A stretch of 64,000 nucleotides of DNA, taken from assembly GCA_020720625.1 (NCBI GenBank), contig DYOH01000011.1, positions 1,421-65,420 of the forward strand, given 5' to 3'. The notes beneath the pieces are model-generated. The model worked only from the letters and a program-made list of their open reading frames with translations. It was not told the origin of the DNA and did no database searches. The position numbers and the translations under genes were made by a program. The stretch's first letter is position 1, and every line of letters starts with the position of its first letter. The DNA is from Acetofilamentum sp. Lineage in GTDB: Bacteria > Bacteroidota > Bacteroidia > Bacteroidales > DYOH01. Below are positions 9,092 to 18,897 of this stretch, in pieces.

Positions 9092-10276
9092 ATGCTGAAA
9101 CAAATTATTTTAAGAAAAGATAAAGACAGGGTTATCCATAACAAACATCCCTGGATATTTTCGGGAGCAGCAGAATCCTTGCCTCCACTAGAAGAAGGAG
9201 AAATTATACAAATAGTAAATCACGAAAGGCAATTAGTGGCCTATGCTTTTTATGCTCCAGGAAATCAAATAATAGCACGGGTTTTTGAATTTACTTCGAG
9301 TCCCAAAGATGTTAATGCAAAAGCATATTGGGTACAGAAAATTAGAACGGCCTTCGAAATACGGCAGTCTTTTTTAGTAAGCGAGCAAACCAATGCTTAC
9401 AGACTTATTCATGCAGAGGGAGATTTTTTCCCCGGACTCATTGCCGATGTTTATAACAATGTGGTGGTACTTCAATTCCTGATAAAAGGAGCCGAACGAC
9501 TGCAGGCCATTATTGTAGATGCGATTAGCCGGTTAGGTTTTGAATATATTTTTGCCAAAAGCAAAAAAGTATCACAATTACTCGAAAACATGGATATTCC
9601 CACCGGTTGGGTAAGCAAAATGCAGGGACCTGATAGGGTGGAAGTGCTCGAAAATGGAGCCCGATTTATTGTAGATTTTCAGGAAGGACAAAAAACCGGT
9701 TTTTTCCTGGATCAAAGAGATGCAAGAGCTTTGCTTGCTGAGTTTTCTGCCGGAAAAAAAGTGCTCAATACCTTTAGCTACACCGGTGGATTTAGTATTT
9801 ACGCACTGCTTGCCGAAGCGGAGTTTGTTCATTCGGTTGATTCGTCGGAATCGGCCATTATGCTTAGCGAAGAAAACGCAGCTTTAAACGGATTTGGTGC
9901 GCCCAAGCATGAGGCTTTTGCCGAAGATGTGTTCGACTATCTTAAAAAGATGGAACATGGAGCTTACGATATTATTGTGCTCGACCCGCCGGCATTTGCC
10001 AAAACGGCCAAATCGCTAATTAATGCTACTCGTGGGTATAAAGAACTCAATTTAAAAGCCATGCAGAAAATTAAACCGGGTGGTATTATCTTTACTTTTA
10101 GTTGTTCGCAAAAGGTTTCGCGCGATTTGTTCCGTAAAATAATTTTTGGTGCAGCGGCAGATTCTGGTCGAAATGTGCGCATTTTGGCTCAAACTACTCA
10201 AGGACTCGACCATCCGGTAAATATATACCATCCGGAAAACGAATATCTAAAAGGACTAGTGCTGCAAGTTGAATAG
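9092..10276 (+). CDS. class I SAM-dependent rRNA methyltransferase, RlmI-like (PUA + MTase)
   Basis: GQKTGFFLDQRD and VLDPPAFAK motifs typical of RlmI/COG1092. ATG at 9092 is preferred to the TTG at 9077. Confidence 0.8.
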   Translation: MLKQIILRKDKDRVIHNKHPWIFSGAAESLPPLEEGEIIQIVNHERQLVAYAFYAPGNQIIARVFEFTSSPKDVNAKAYWVQKIRTAFEIRQSFLVSEQTNAYRLIHAEGDFFPGLIADVYNNVVVLQFLIKGAERLQAIIVDAISRLGFEYIFAKSKKVSQLLENMDIPTGWVSKMQGPDRVEVLENGARFIVDFQEGQKTGFFLDQRDARALLAEFSAGKKVLNTFSYTGGFSIYALLAEAEFVHSVDSSESAIMLSEENAALNGFGAPKHEAFAEDVFDYLKKMEHGAYDIIVLDPPAFAKTAKSLINATRGYKELNLKAMQKIKPGGIIFTFSCSQKVSRDLFRKIIFGAAADSGRNVRILAQTTQGLDHPVNIYHPENEYLKGLVLQVE

Positions 10277-10410
10277 AAAGAGCAGCTTAGACTCATAGAA
10301 AGTAATTATTACCCCAACATTTTTTCGATTTATTTTGATAAAGTGTCGGGGTTTTTAAAATACAAAGCGCAGGGCATAAAGATGAGAAATTTTAGGCAAT
10401 TTGAAATCAA

Positions 10411-11637
10411 ATGTATCAAATAAAAAAATTTGCGTTAAAATCCGTACGAGTTTATAAAGAATCGTTTAAGGGGCATCCAAAGGAAATTTGGGCACTTACC
10501 GGGCTTACCTTTATTAATAGGTTAGGCACCATGGTATTACCTTTTTTGTCGGTATATTTAACAACCGAGTTGCACTTTTCGCTTCATCAGGCCGGAATCC
10601 TTATGGGCGCATTTGGTGTTGGCTCCTTTATGGGAGCCTATATGGGCGGACGATTAAGCGATATAATTGGGCCCAAGCGTGTTTTGCTCATTAGTCTGTT
10701 TTTTAGTGGAATTCTTCTCATAAGTTTGCAATTTGCCAAAGAGTATTACCATATTATGGCATTGATTATGGCAACTGCCATTATTGGAGAGGCCTACCGA
10801 CCTGCCATTATGGCTTATGTCGGAAATTGGGTACCCAAAGAGCAAACCGCACGAACTATTGCGCTCATAAGAACAGCCTTAAATCTTGGATTTAGTGCCG
10901 GACCTGCTTTGGGTGGGTTTATTGTTGTTGCTATGGGTTACGAAGGTATTTTCTGGATTGATGGGCTCACTTGCATAGCAGCAGTACTTTTTTTTGCAAG
11001 CGTATCGCGAAACTGGAAAGAAAAATACCAATCGGGGAAAAAGGCTAAGCTCGATAATGTGGTTGATGCCCATATTTTTAAAGATCAACAATATATGATG
11101 CTTTTACTTATCATGATTTTTGTAGGTATAGCTTTTGTACAATGGTTTCAGAGTGCTCCGGTGTTTATTAAAACCAATTGGCTGTTCGACGAGCGCTATA
11201 TAGGCGGAATTATGGCTTTAAACGGATTGCTGATTGCCTTTACCGAGATGCCTATTATACACATAATTGAAAAGAAAAAGCAAATAAAAAATGCCATGTT
11301 GTTGGGGCTGGTTTTCATAAGCATTTCATTTTTCTTTTTCTTGCTGCCGCCGGCAATGATTTGGGGCGTAATAGGAATGATTTTTATGACATTGGGCGAA
11401 ATATTTTATCTCCCGCTTATCAATACACTTGCACTCTCAATGAGTCCCGATCACAGGCGTGGAGAGTATATGGCACTTTACACCATGACATGGTCGGTGG
11501 CACATATACTAGGGCCAACTATAGGGTTATCGGTGGCCGAGAAATTAGGGTTTTCATTTTTTTGGATAATCGTAATTTTCCTGATGTTGTTTACAATTGT
11601 TTTACAATGGTTTTTGTTTAGAAAACTTAAAGTGTGA
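10411..11637 (+). CDS. MFS transporter
   Basis: 408 aa, about 12 predicted TM helices, MFS-like loop motif GGRLSDIIGPKR between TM2 and TM3. Confidence 0.8.
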   Translation: MYQIKKFALKSVRVYKESFKGHPKEIWALTGLTFINRLGTMVLPFLSVYLTTELHFSLHQAGILMGAFGVGSFMGAYMGGRLSDIIGPKRVLLISLFFSGILLISLQFAKEYYHIMALIMATAIIGEAYRPAIMAYVGNWVPKEQTARTIALIRTALNLGFSAGPALGGFIVVAMGYEGIFWIDGLTCIAAVLFFASVSRNWKEKYQSGKKAKLDNVVDAHIFKDQQYMMLLLIMIFVGIAFVQWFQSAPVFIKTNWLFDERYIGGIMALNGLLIAFTEMPIIHIIEKKKQIKNAMLLGLVFISISFFFFLLPPAMIWGVIGMIFMTLGEIFYLPLINTLALSMSPDHRRGEYMALYTMTWSVAHILGPTIGLSVAEKLGFSFFWIIVIFLMLFTIVLQWFLFRKLKV

Positions 11638-11651
11638 ATTATAGATTGTTT

Positions 11652-11696
11652 AACTTTCGGAAAGTTGAGAAAAAAAGAGATAACTTTCCGAAAGTT
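11652..11696. terminator. bidirectional terminator-like double palindrome between convergent MFS and prs genes
   Basis: aactttcggaaagtt (11652-11666) and its exact reverse complement aactttccgaaagtt (11682-11696). Each copy is also internally palindromic. Confidence 0.5.
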
Positions 11697-11705
11697 TGGG
11701 GAGAA

Positions 11706-12644
11706 TCAGAATAAAAAGCTAGAGCTAATAGACTGGTAGTTATAAACCTTTTTGATAACATCGGCAAAAAGTTCAGCCACAGAAAGCACTTTAATTTTAC
11801 TGCAATCATGTTTTATTGGAATGGTATTGGTTGTTATCAGCTCAATCAAGGATGAATCGCGAATGCGCTCATAAGCAGGTCCGGACAAAACCGGATGGGT
11901 AATTACCGCACGAACACTTTTCGCCCCTTTATCCATCATCATATCGGCAGCCTTGGCAATTGTACCAGCGGTATCAATAATATCATCCACCAAAATAATA
12001 TTTTTACCTTCCACATCGCCAATTACAGTCATTTCGTCTACAACGTTTTCTTTTTTGCGTGTTTTATGGCAGATAACCAAATCAGTTTTCAAGTATTTGG
12101 AATACACATTGGCACGTTTGGATCCACCAATATCGGGCGATGCAACTGTTAATCCTTCGAGATTCAGGCTTTTGATATATGGCATGAAAATCGAAGAAGA
12201 ATACAAATGATCTACCGGAACATCAAAAAAACCCTGAATTTGATCAGCATGCAATTCCATGGTCATAATGCGATCTACCCCGGCAGCCTGAAGCAAATTA
12301 GCCATCATTTTTGCACCAATTGTTACGCGTGGCTTATCTTTGCGGTCTTGTCTTGCAAAACCAAAGTATGGAATCACTGCCGCCACTTTATAAGCTGATG
12401 CTCTTTTGGCTGCATCCACCATCATCAACAATTCAAAAACATTATCAACCGGAGCAAAGGTCGATTGAATAATAAAGACATAACGGCCACGAACTGTTTC
12501 GTCGTAGGAGGTTAAAAACTCTCCATCGCTGAAACGTGTTAAGGTGGTTTTACCTAGATTTACACCAAAATTCTGAGCTATCTCCTCGGCCAGATACATA
12601 GACGCTGAACCGGAAAATATTTTTGCGGGCGAAAGATCATGCAT
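11706..12644 (-). CDS. prs: ribose-phosphate pyrophosphokinase
   Basis: GFARQDRKDKPR and the PRPP-binding loop ILVDDIIDTAGT. Confidence 0.9.
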   Translation of the reverse strand: MHDLSPAKIFSGSASMYLAEEIAQNFGVNLGKTTLTRFSDGEFLTSYDETVRGRYVFIIQSTFAPVDNVFELLMMVDAAKRASAYKVAAVIPYFGFARQDRKDKPRVTIGAKMMANLLQAAGVDRIMTMELHADQIQGFFDVPVDHLYSSSIFMPYIKSLNLEGLTVASPDIGGSKRANVYSKYLKTDLVICHKTRKKENVVDEMTVIGDVEGKNIILVDDIIDTAGTIAKAADMMMDKGAKSVRAVITHPVLSGPAYERIRDSSLIELITTNTIPIKHDCSKIKVLSVAELFADVIKKVYNYQSISSSFLF

Positions 12645-12666
12645 GGATTTTGATTTATATTTGATA

Positions 12667-12674
12667 CAAAATTA
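12667..12674 (-). promoter_or_regulatory. Bacteroidetes -7 promoter motif TAATTTTG (minus strand)
   Basis: caaaatta on the plus strand is an exact TAnnTTTG on the minus strand, 23 nt upstream of the prs ATG. Confidence 0.5.
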
Positions 12675-12816
12675 AGACATATTTTTAAACATCTCACAAA
12701 ATACTTCATCCATCCAATAGTTATATAGCATTTGCAAAATTTTGCACAATGTTGTAATTTCGTACCCCATGGAATAGTGTCGATTTTCCTTTAAAAAATA
12801 AATTTAAATCTAAAAA

Positions 12817-14022
12817 ATGTATAATTCTATTCAGCTAAATGATAATATATACTGGCTTGGTGTAAACGACCGAAAAACACATTTGTTTGAGAATCTTTGG
12901 CCTTTGGATAATGGTGTTTCGTATAACTCTTATCTTGTGGTCGACGAAAAAGTGGCGCTTATTGATACAGTAGAAAAAAGTAAAATTGATGAATTTCTTT
13001 CCAGAATCGAAGAAATTATCGGAAAACGCAAAATAGATTATCTTATTATTAATCACATGGAGCCAGACCATTCCGGCGGAATTAAGGAGATTTTAAAATT
13101 GCATCCGGATATCAAAATCGTAGGCAACAAAATGACTTTTGTTTTGCTTACCGGACTTTACAATATTACAACAAACCATTTGTTGATTGCAGAAGGTGAT
13201 ACAATTTCCTTAGGTGAGCATCAACTTCAATTTTTTATGACACCTTGGCTCCACTGGCCCGAAACGATGATGACTTATGAGCAGCATACAAAGGTGCTTT
13301 TTACCGGTGATGCTTTTGGTAGCTTTGGAACATTAAACGGTGGTATTTTCGACGATGAACTTAATATGAATTTTTATATCGACGAGATGCGACGCTATTA
13401 TTCCAATATTGTAGCCAAGTATTCTAAAATGGTGGTAAAAGCCATGGAAAAATTACAAGGGCTCGAAATTAAATTCCTGGCATCTACACATGGGCCTATT
13501 TGGCGTTCACATATCGACTGGGTGCTTAAACTCTATACTAGTTGGGCTAGCTATCAGGCAGAAAAAGGGGTGGTTATTGTATTTGGGTCGATGTATGGAA
13601 ATACAGAGCAAATGGCGGATATTATTGCGCGTAGATTGTCGGAAAAGGGCATTCGGGATATTAAGATTTATGATGCATCGCGTCGCCATTTGTCTTATTT
13701 GCTTAGCGAAATCTGGCACTATAAAGGTTTGATTCTTGGCAGCAGTGCTTATAATGGAGGGGTTTTTCCGCCCATCGAAAATCTTACCCGAAAATTGGAG
13801 GATATTGAAATTAAAGACCGTCTCCTTGGTACATTTGGGTCTAGCGGCTGGAACAAAGCCGGGGTAAAAGGTTTAAATAAATGGGCTGAGGAAATGAAAT
13901 GGGAATTAGTGGCTACATCGCCCGAGACGAAAGGCGCTCCCGAAAAAAATTCTATTGAGCAATGCATTCAAATGGCCGATGCAATGGCCGAAAGGTTGCA
14001 TGAGCTTTATCCAGAGATATAA
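12817..14022 (+). CDS. FprA-family A-type flavoprotein (flavodiiron protein)
   Basis: Metallo-beta-lactamase-like di-iron motif NHMEPDHSGG, plus a C-terminal flavodoxin-like domain (VVIVFGSMYGNTEQMA). Confidence 0.85.
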   Translation: MYNSIQLNDNIYWLGVNDRKTHLFENLWPLDNGVSYNSYLVVDEKVALIDTVEKSKIDEFLSRIEEIIGKRKIDYLIINHMEPDHSGGIKEILKLHPDIKIVGNKMTFVLLTGLYNITTNHLLIAEGDTISLGEHQLQFFMTPWLHWPETMMTYEQHTKVLFTGDAFGSFGTLNGGIFDDELNMNFYIDEMRRYYSNIVAKYSKMVVKAMEKLQGLEIKFLASTHGPIWRSHIDWVLKLYTSWASYQAEKGVVIVFGSMYGNTEQMADIIARRLSEKGIRDIKIYDASRRHLSYLLSEIWHYKGLILGSSAYNGGVFPPIENLTRKLEDIEIKDRLLGTFGSSGWNKAGVKGLNKWAEEMKWELVATSPETKGAPEKNSIEQCIQMADAMAERLHELYPEI

Positions 14023-14303
14023 GTTCTTAGCATTTGTTTTTTGATGATATATAGCTTACGCCGGTAATTTTGTCGAAAAAATTTCTGTTTATCGACAACT
14101 ATTTTTTCTATATCGGAATATAAATAGCATATTTTGATGTAGATTTTAAGTATAAATAAGTAAAAGCTATGCCCTTGGAAGTGCAATAATTTTAAGCTAT
14201 CATTCCCAGGGGCAAAAAGCTTTTTCTGCTATGCAGTTTTTGGATTTTCTATGAGATATTATATGCTAAGGTATCCGACATTGATTTCTTTTTTTGATAC
14301 GAG

Positions 14304-15020
14304 TTACATATTGGGGCTTATTTCGTATTTTGAGTAATATGTAACGATAGCATTTACAGCTTCGTCGGCAGTATCTACAAGCTGAAAAAGGTCTAAATCT
14401 TCTTCGCTTATGGTTTTTTCGGATTCGAGCATGGTTTGTTTTATCCAATCAATGATTCCGCTCCAGAATTTTAAGCCCACCAAAACGATCGGAAACCTGC
14501 CAATTTTTTTAGTTTGAATAAGTGTAAGCGATTCGAATAACTCATCGAGGGTGCCGAACCCACCTGGAAGCACGATAAAACCCTGTGCATATTTGATAAA
14601 CATTAGTTTTCTTGTGAAAAAGAAATTAAAATTGAGCTCTTTGTCCCTATCTACGTATGCGTTTGCACCTTGTTCAAATGGAAGGTGAATATTTAGTCCA
14701 ACAGATTTTCCACCTGCTTCTTTTGCTCCTTTATTGGCTGCCTCCATAATTCCAGGGCCGCCGCCAGTGATAACGCCAAAACCATGTTGCGAAATTTTAA
14801 ATGCAATTTCACGGGCTAGTTCGTAGTGCGGATTATCGGGTGTGGTGCGTGCCGACCCAAAGATACTTACGCAAGGGCCTATTTTAGCCATGGTATCAAA
14901 TCCATCTACAATTTCAGAAACTACTTTTAGTATATGCCATGAGTCTTCTGTTTTTATTTTGTGCCAGTCTTTAGGCACAAAAGCTCTTTTTATGCGTTCT
15001 TCGTCCCATTTATTCATCAT
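14304..15020 (-). CDS. LOG-family / TIGR00730 Rossmann-fold nucleotide-binding protein
   Basis: GGGPGIMEA and PGGFGTLDELFE motifs. Confidence 0.85.
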   Translation of the reverse strand: MMNKWDEERIKRAFVPKDWHKIKTEDSWHILKVVSEIVDGFDTMAKIGPCVSIFGSARTTPDNPHYELAREIAFKISQHGFGVITGGGPGIMEAANKGAKEAGGKSVGLNIHLPFEQGANAYVDRDKELNFNFFFTRKLMFIKYAQGFIVLPGGFGTLDELFESLTLIQTKKIGRFPIVLVGLKFWSGIIDWIKQTMLESEKTISEEDLDLFQLVDTADEAVNAIVTYYSKYEISPNM

Positions 15021-15351
15021 AAAATACCTGCTTTTTATTATTTTATTTTAATCTTATCAGTTGGGTAAATATACAAAATTCTATTGAAATGGCAGAGTCT
15101 TTGCTTTTTGTTTATCTAAAAAGCCTTGCATCATAGTTGGGTTGCAGGAGTATTTTAATTTTTGAATGTTTTCTATAGAAAACATATCTGCTATAGATAT
15201 TATTTGTAGGCTATTAGCGCCTTATATTTTTTGTTTTAGACTATACTCTTTATTTTCTTATCCCTTCTACTTAACCCAATTTCTATAAAAACAGAGCATT
15301 ATGCCTAAAATTTGGCTTAGTCTGTCTCTATCCTTCGGGATTATAAAAATA

Positions 15352-15359
15352 CACTTTTG
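15352..15359 (+). promoter_or_regulatory. orphan promoter-like motif CACTTTTG (12-mer CACTTTTGCAAG) with no plus-strand gene downstream
   Basis: Identical 12-mer to those upstream of nhaA and the LRR gene. It lies in the 495-bp gap between two minus-strand genes. Confidence 0.3.
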
Positions 15360-15463
15360 CAAGTATCGATTTATTGTAGAATAATCGGTATTATTTATAA
15401 AGCTTCTTATGCAATTAGATTTAGGGGTGATTCCTATATTGCCCTTTATAGGGAAAGAGATAT

Positions 15464-15490
15464 AAAAAAAGTGCGACCGTTTGGCCGCAC
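15464..15490 (-). terminator. intrinsic terminator of maeB
   Basis: Stem gtgcgacc/ggccgcac (15471-15490, one mismatch). On the minus strand it is followed by T7 (A run 15464-15470). It begins 26 nt past the maeB stop. Confidence 0.7.
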
Positions 15491-15515
15491 TTTAAGTATT
15501 ATGCAAACAAGAAAA

Positions 15516-17783
15516 TTATTTTCTTGTTTGAGCATCTACAACAGCAATTGCTGTAAGATTAACCAACTCTCTTACACTGCTTTCGAGCTGAGCAATCTGA
15601 ACAGCTTTGTTTAGTCCCATTAAAACAGGGCCTATGGCTTCTGCCTGACCTAATTCCTGCATCATTTTATAAGCAACGTTTCCGGTATTCAAACTTGGGA
15701 AAATAACCGTGTTTACACGTTTGTTGCCTAGTATAGAGAATGGGAATTTTTTCATTCTTAATTCTGCATTAAAAGCAAAATTGGCTTGCATTTCTCCATC
15801 AACGAGTAATTCGGGATGTTCTTTGTGCAAAATTTCAACAGCTTTTTTCACTTTCCTTGGCGATTCATTGTCGGAAGAACCAAAGTTAGAGTATGAAAGG
15901 AATGCAATAACCGGATCAACGTTAAACATTTTAACGGCGTTTGCAGTAATTAGGGCTGTGCTAACGAGTTTTTCTGAAGTAGGTTCAAAATTTACAGTTG
16001 TATCGGCAAAGAAAACCGGACCTTTTTTTGTCATCATCAAATACATACCCGAAACGTGGTTTGTTTTTGGATGAACACCAATAACTTCGAGCGCAGGTGT
16101 TAATGCCGATGCATATTTAGTTGCATAACCCGAAATCATGGCATCTGCATCTCCCGACTCTACCATCATAGCCGCAAAATAGTTTTTGTTTGTAAGTCTA
16201 TCGAGTGCTTCGCTATAGGTTATACCCTTACGTTCGCGTTTAATAAACATCAATTGAGCATATTTTTTTACCAGATCGCTATATTTTTTAGCTCTGGGAT
16301 CCACTATTTGAACTCCTTCGAGGCTAAGTTCAAAGTTGGTAATCATTTCACGGATTTCATCTTCGTCGCCAAGTAAAATTGGAATAGCGAGACCTTCCTG
16401 ATGAACAGTATGGGCAGCTTTGAGCACGTTAAAATGTGTAGCTTCGGCAAATACTACTTTTTTAGGATTTGCTTTAGCTTTGGTCATCACGGCACGAACC
16501 AGGTTGTTCTCTAATCCCATTCTTTGTGCCAAGGAGTCAACATATTTATCCCAGTCTGTGATTGGCTGTCGAGCAACACCTGAATCCATTGCAGCTTTTG
16601 CCACCGCAGGTGCAACAGTTGTAATTAATCTAGGGTCAAGTGGTTTTGGAATAATGTATTCGCGACCGTAGGTAATGTTTGTTTTGTTGTATGCAGCGTT
16701 TACAATTTCGGGCACATCTTTTTTGGCTAATCCGGCAAGCGCATACACAGCGGCAATTTTCATTTCCTCGTTTATTGCTCTGGCTTTAACATCAAGAGCA
16801 CCGCGGAAAATAAAAGGGAATCCGAGCACATTGTTAACCTGATTGGGATAATCGGAACGTCCGGTAGCCATGATGATATCTTCGCGGGCAGCAATAGCTT
16901 CATCGTAGGTAATTTCGGGGTCAGGATTTGCCATGGCAAAAACAATCGGATTGTCAGCCATTGTGCGAATCATATCTTGCGACAAAACTCCTTTAGCAGA
17001 AAGTCCAACAAACACATCGGCACCTTTAATTGCTTCAGCAAGGGTGTGAACAGGAGCATCAGTTACAAATTCCATTTTGTATTTATTCAAATCAGTACGA
17101 TTTGTGTGCAAAACACCTTTGCTGTCGCACATAATTACATTTTCTTTTTTCAGACCCAAAGAAATGTAAAGTTTGGTGCATGCCATAGCCGATGCCCCTG
17201 CACCATTTACCACCAGCTTAACTTCGTCAATTTTTTTACCGGCAAGTTCCAGAGCATTAATTAACCCGGCCGAAGAAATAATGGCTGTACCATGTTGGTC
17301 GTCGTGCATTACAGGAATATCGAGAGCTTCTTTAAGTCTTCTTTCAATTTCGAAGCATTCGGGAGCAGCAATATCTTCGAGGTTAATACCACCGAAAGTA
17401 ATGGCTATCTCTTTTACCGTTTCTACAAATTTGTCTATGTCTTTGGTGCTAACTTCAATATCGAAAACATCGATATCGGCATTGATTTTAAAAAGTAATC
17501 CTTTACCTTCCATCACCGGTTTTCCGGCACCAGCACCAATATCACCCAATCCAAGCACAGCAGTGCCATTGGATATTACGGCCACTAAATTACCTTTGGC
17601 AGTATACTCGTATATTTTGCTTGGATCTTTTTCAATTTCCAGACAAGGTTCAGCCACTCCCGGCGAATAAGCTAGAGAAAGGTCTGTTTGAGTACTGTGC
17701 GGTTTTGTGGGGACAACTTCAATTTTTCCCGGTCTTCCCATGGAATGGTAGAGAAGCGCATCTTCTTTTGTAATCTTAGGCAT
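15516..17783 (-). CDS. maeB: NADP-dependent malic enzyme (malic enzyme + PTA-like domain)
   Basis: 755 aa. N-terminal malic-enzyme region ([26 protein letters not shown]) and a C-terminal phosphate-acetyltransferase-like domain. Confidence 0.9.
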   Translation of the reverse strand: MPKITKEDALLYHSMGRPGKIEVVPTKPHSTQTDLSLAYSPGVAEPCLEIEKDPSKIYEYTAKGNLVAVISNGTAVLGLGDIGAGAGKPVMEGKGLLFKINADIDVFDIEVSTKDIDKFVETVKEIAITFGGINLEDIAAPECFEIERRLKEALDIPVMHDDQHGTAIISSAGLINALELAGKKIDEVKLVVNGAGASAMACTKLYISLGLKKENVIMCDSKGVLHTNRTDLNKYKMEFVTDAPVHTLAEAIKGADVFVGLSAKGVLSQDMIRTMADNPIVFAMANPDPEITYDEAIAAREDIIMATGRSDYPNQVNNVLGFPFIFRGALDVKARAINEEMKIAAVYALAGLAKKDVPEIVNAAYNKTNITYGREYIIPKPLDPRLITTVAPAVAKAAMDSGVARQPITDWDKYVDSLAQRMGLENNLVRAVMTKAKANPKKVVFAEATHFNVLKAAHTVHQEGLAIPILLGDEDEIREMITNFELSLEGVQIVDPRAKKYSDLVKKYAQLMFIKRERKGITYSEALDRLTNKNYFAAMMVESGDADAMISGYATKYASALTPALEVIGVHPKTNHVSGMYLMMTKKGPVFFADTTVNFEPTSEKLVSTALITANAVKMFNVDPVIAFLSYSNFGSSDNESPRKVKKAVEILHKEHPELLVDGEMQANFAFNAELRMKKFPFSILGNKRVNTVIFPSLNTGNVAYKMMQELGQAEAIGPVLMGLNKAVQIAQLESSVRELVNLTAIAVVDAQTRK

Positions 17784-17802
17784 ATAATTAAAATTTAGTT
17801 AT

Positions 17803-18885
17803 TTAAAAACCAGAATCGTTCTCGTTGATATGTTCTATTGTTTTTTTGATTTCATCATTATCGATTGCATTCTTAAGCAATTCTTTGTAAGTAATCCGGT
17901 TATTGAAAACATCGCAGGCCAGATAAATGGCTTTTAATAAGGATTCGTGCGATGCAATATCTTTACCGGCAATATCGTAGGCTGTTCCATGATCGGGCGA
18001 TGTTCTGATAATGGGTAAACCGGCCGTAAAATTTACTCCCGATTGAAACTCTAATGCTTTAAATGGTGTAAGTCCCTGATCGTGATACATGGCCAGTATG
18101 GCATCAAATTTTCCTAAATTTCCGGCACCGAACAAACCGTCGGCAGGATAGGGTCCCAAAGCCATTATTTTTTCTTCGCGTGCTGCTTCTATGGCCGGAA
18201 TTATAATATCTATCTCTTCGCTACCAAGTAGTCCGTTATCGCCCGCATGAGGATTTAAACCTAATACAGCAATTTTGGGTTTTCTAATGGCAAAATCCTG
18301 AATAAGTGTTTGATTAAGTATTCTAATTTTTTTAAGTATGAGATCTTTGGTTAAGGTAGACGAAACATTTTTCAGTGGTAAGTGCCCTGTAACTACTCCA
18401 ACGCGTAGTCTTTCGCCCACCATGAGCATTAAAGCTTCTCCTTGGCCTGCATTCTCTTCAAAATACTCAGTTTGTCCGGGAAAATTAAAATCTTTTGATT
18501 GAATGTTTGATTTGTTTATTGGTGCAGTAACCACAACATCAATTTGTTCGGAGAGCAAGTCTTTTGTCGCCATTTCGAGTGCTTCGAATGCAGCAAGCCC
18601 CGATTCTTTGGTCGATTTTCCGAGTTCAACACGCACACTTTCGTCGTTGCAGTTAATAATATTGGCTCTTTTGGAGTTAGCTTCGTCGGCTTTTTTAATG
18701 GTATTAAAGCTAAAGTTGTTTATATTTAGCGCTTTTCTGTGGTATGCCGCAATTTTGGGCGAACCGTATACAATAGGTGTGCATACTTCTGTTATTCTGT
18801 TATCTTGCAGGGCCTTGATTATAATTTCGTATCCAATTCCGTTAATATCGCCTTGAGTAATTCCTACTCTCACTTTATTTTGCAT
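17803..18885 (-). CDS. pdxA: 4-hydroxythreonine-4-phosphate dehydrogenase
   Basis: GLNPHAGDNG and IIRTSPDHGTAYD motifs. Confidence 0.85.
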   Translation of the reverse strand: MQNKVRVGITQGDINGIGYEIIIKALQDNRITEVCTPIVYGSPKIAAYHRKALNINNFSFNTIKKADEANSKRANIINCNDESVRVELGKSTKESGLAAFEALEMATKDLLSEQIDVVVTAPINKSNIQSKDFNFPGQTEYFEENAGQGEALMLMVGERLRVGVVTGHLPLKNVSSTLTKDLILKKIRILNQTLIQDFAIRKPKIAVLGLNPHAGDNGLLGSEEIDIIIPAIEAAREEKIMALGPYPADGLFGAGNLGKFDAILAMYHDQGLTPFKALEFQSGVNFTAGLPIIRTSPDHGTAYDIAGKDIASHESLLKAIYLACDVFNNRITYKELLKNAIDNDEIKKTIEHINENDSGF

Positions 18886-18897
18886 AATTTATTAGTA

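Noticed and set aside
12645-12816. Possible riboswitch or leader upstream of the flavodiiron gene, and similar ideas for the gcvH, metG and TonB-receptor upstream regions
   Set aside because: I could recognise no conserved riboswitch core (glycine, SAM, cobalamin B12-box). The gaps are short (60-170 nt) and AT-rich.
15357-15614. 85-aa ORF starting in the 15021-15515 gap
   Set aside because: It begins with a TTG inside the promoter-like 12-mer and runs through the maeB terminator into the maeB 3' end. It is not credible as a protein. Only the short 18-codon sORF is kept as a speculative finding.
17173-17670. 165-aa plus-strand ORF (and others at 15709, 16420, 16977 and 17292) inside maeB
   Set aside because: These are antisense shadow ORFs of a well-supported 755-aa malic enzyme gene. 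The translations are low-complexity (Ser/Leu/Ile-rich) with no motifs.
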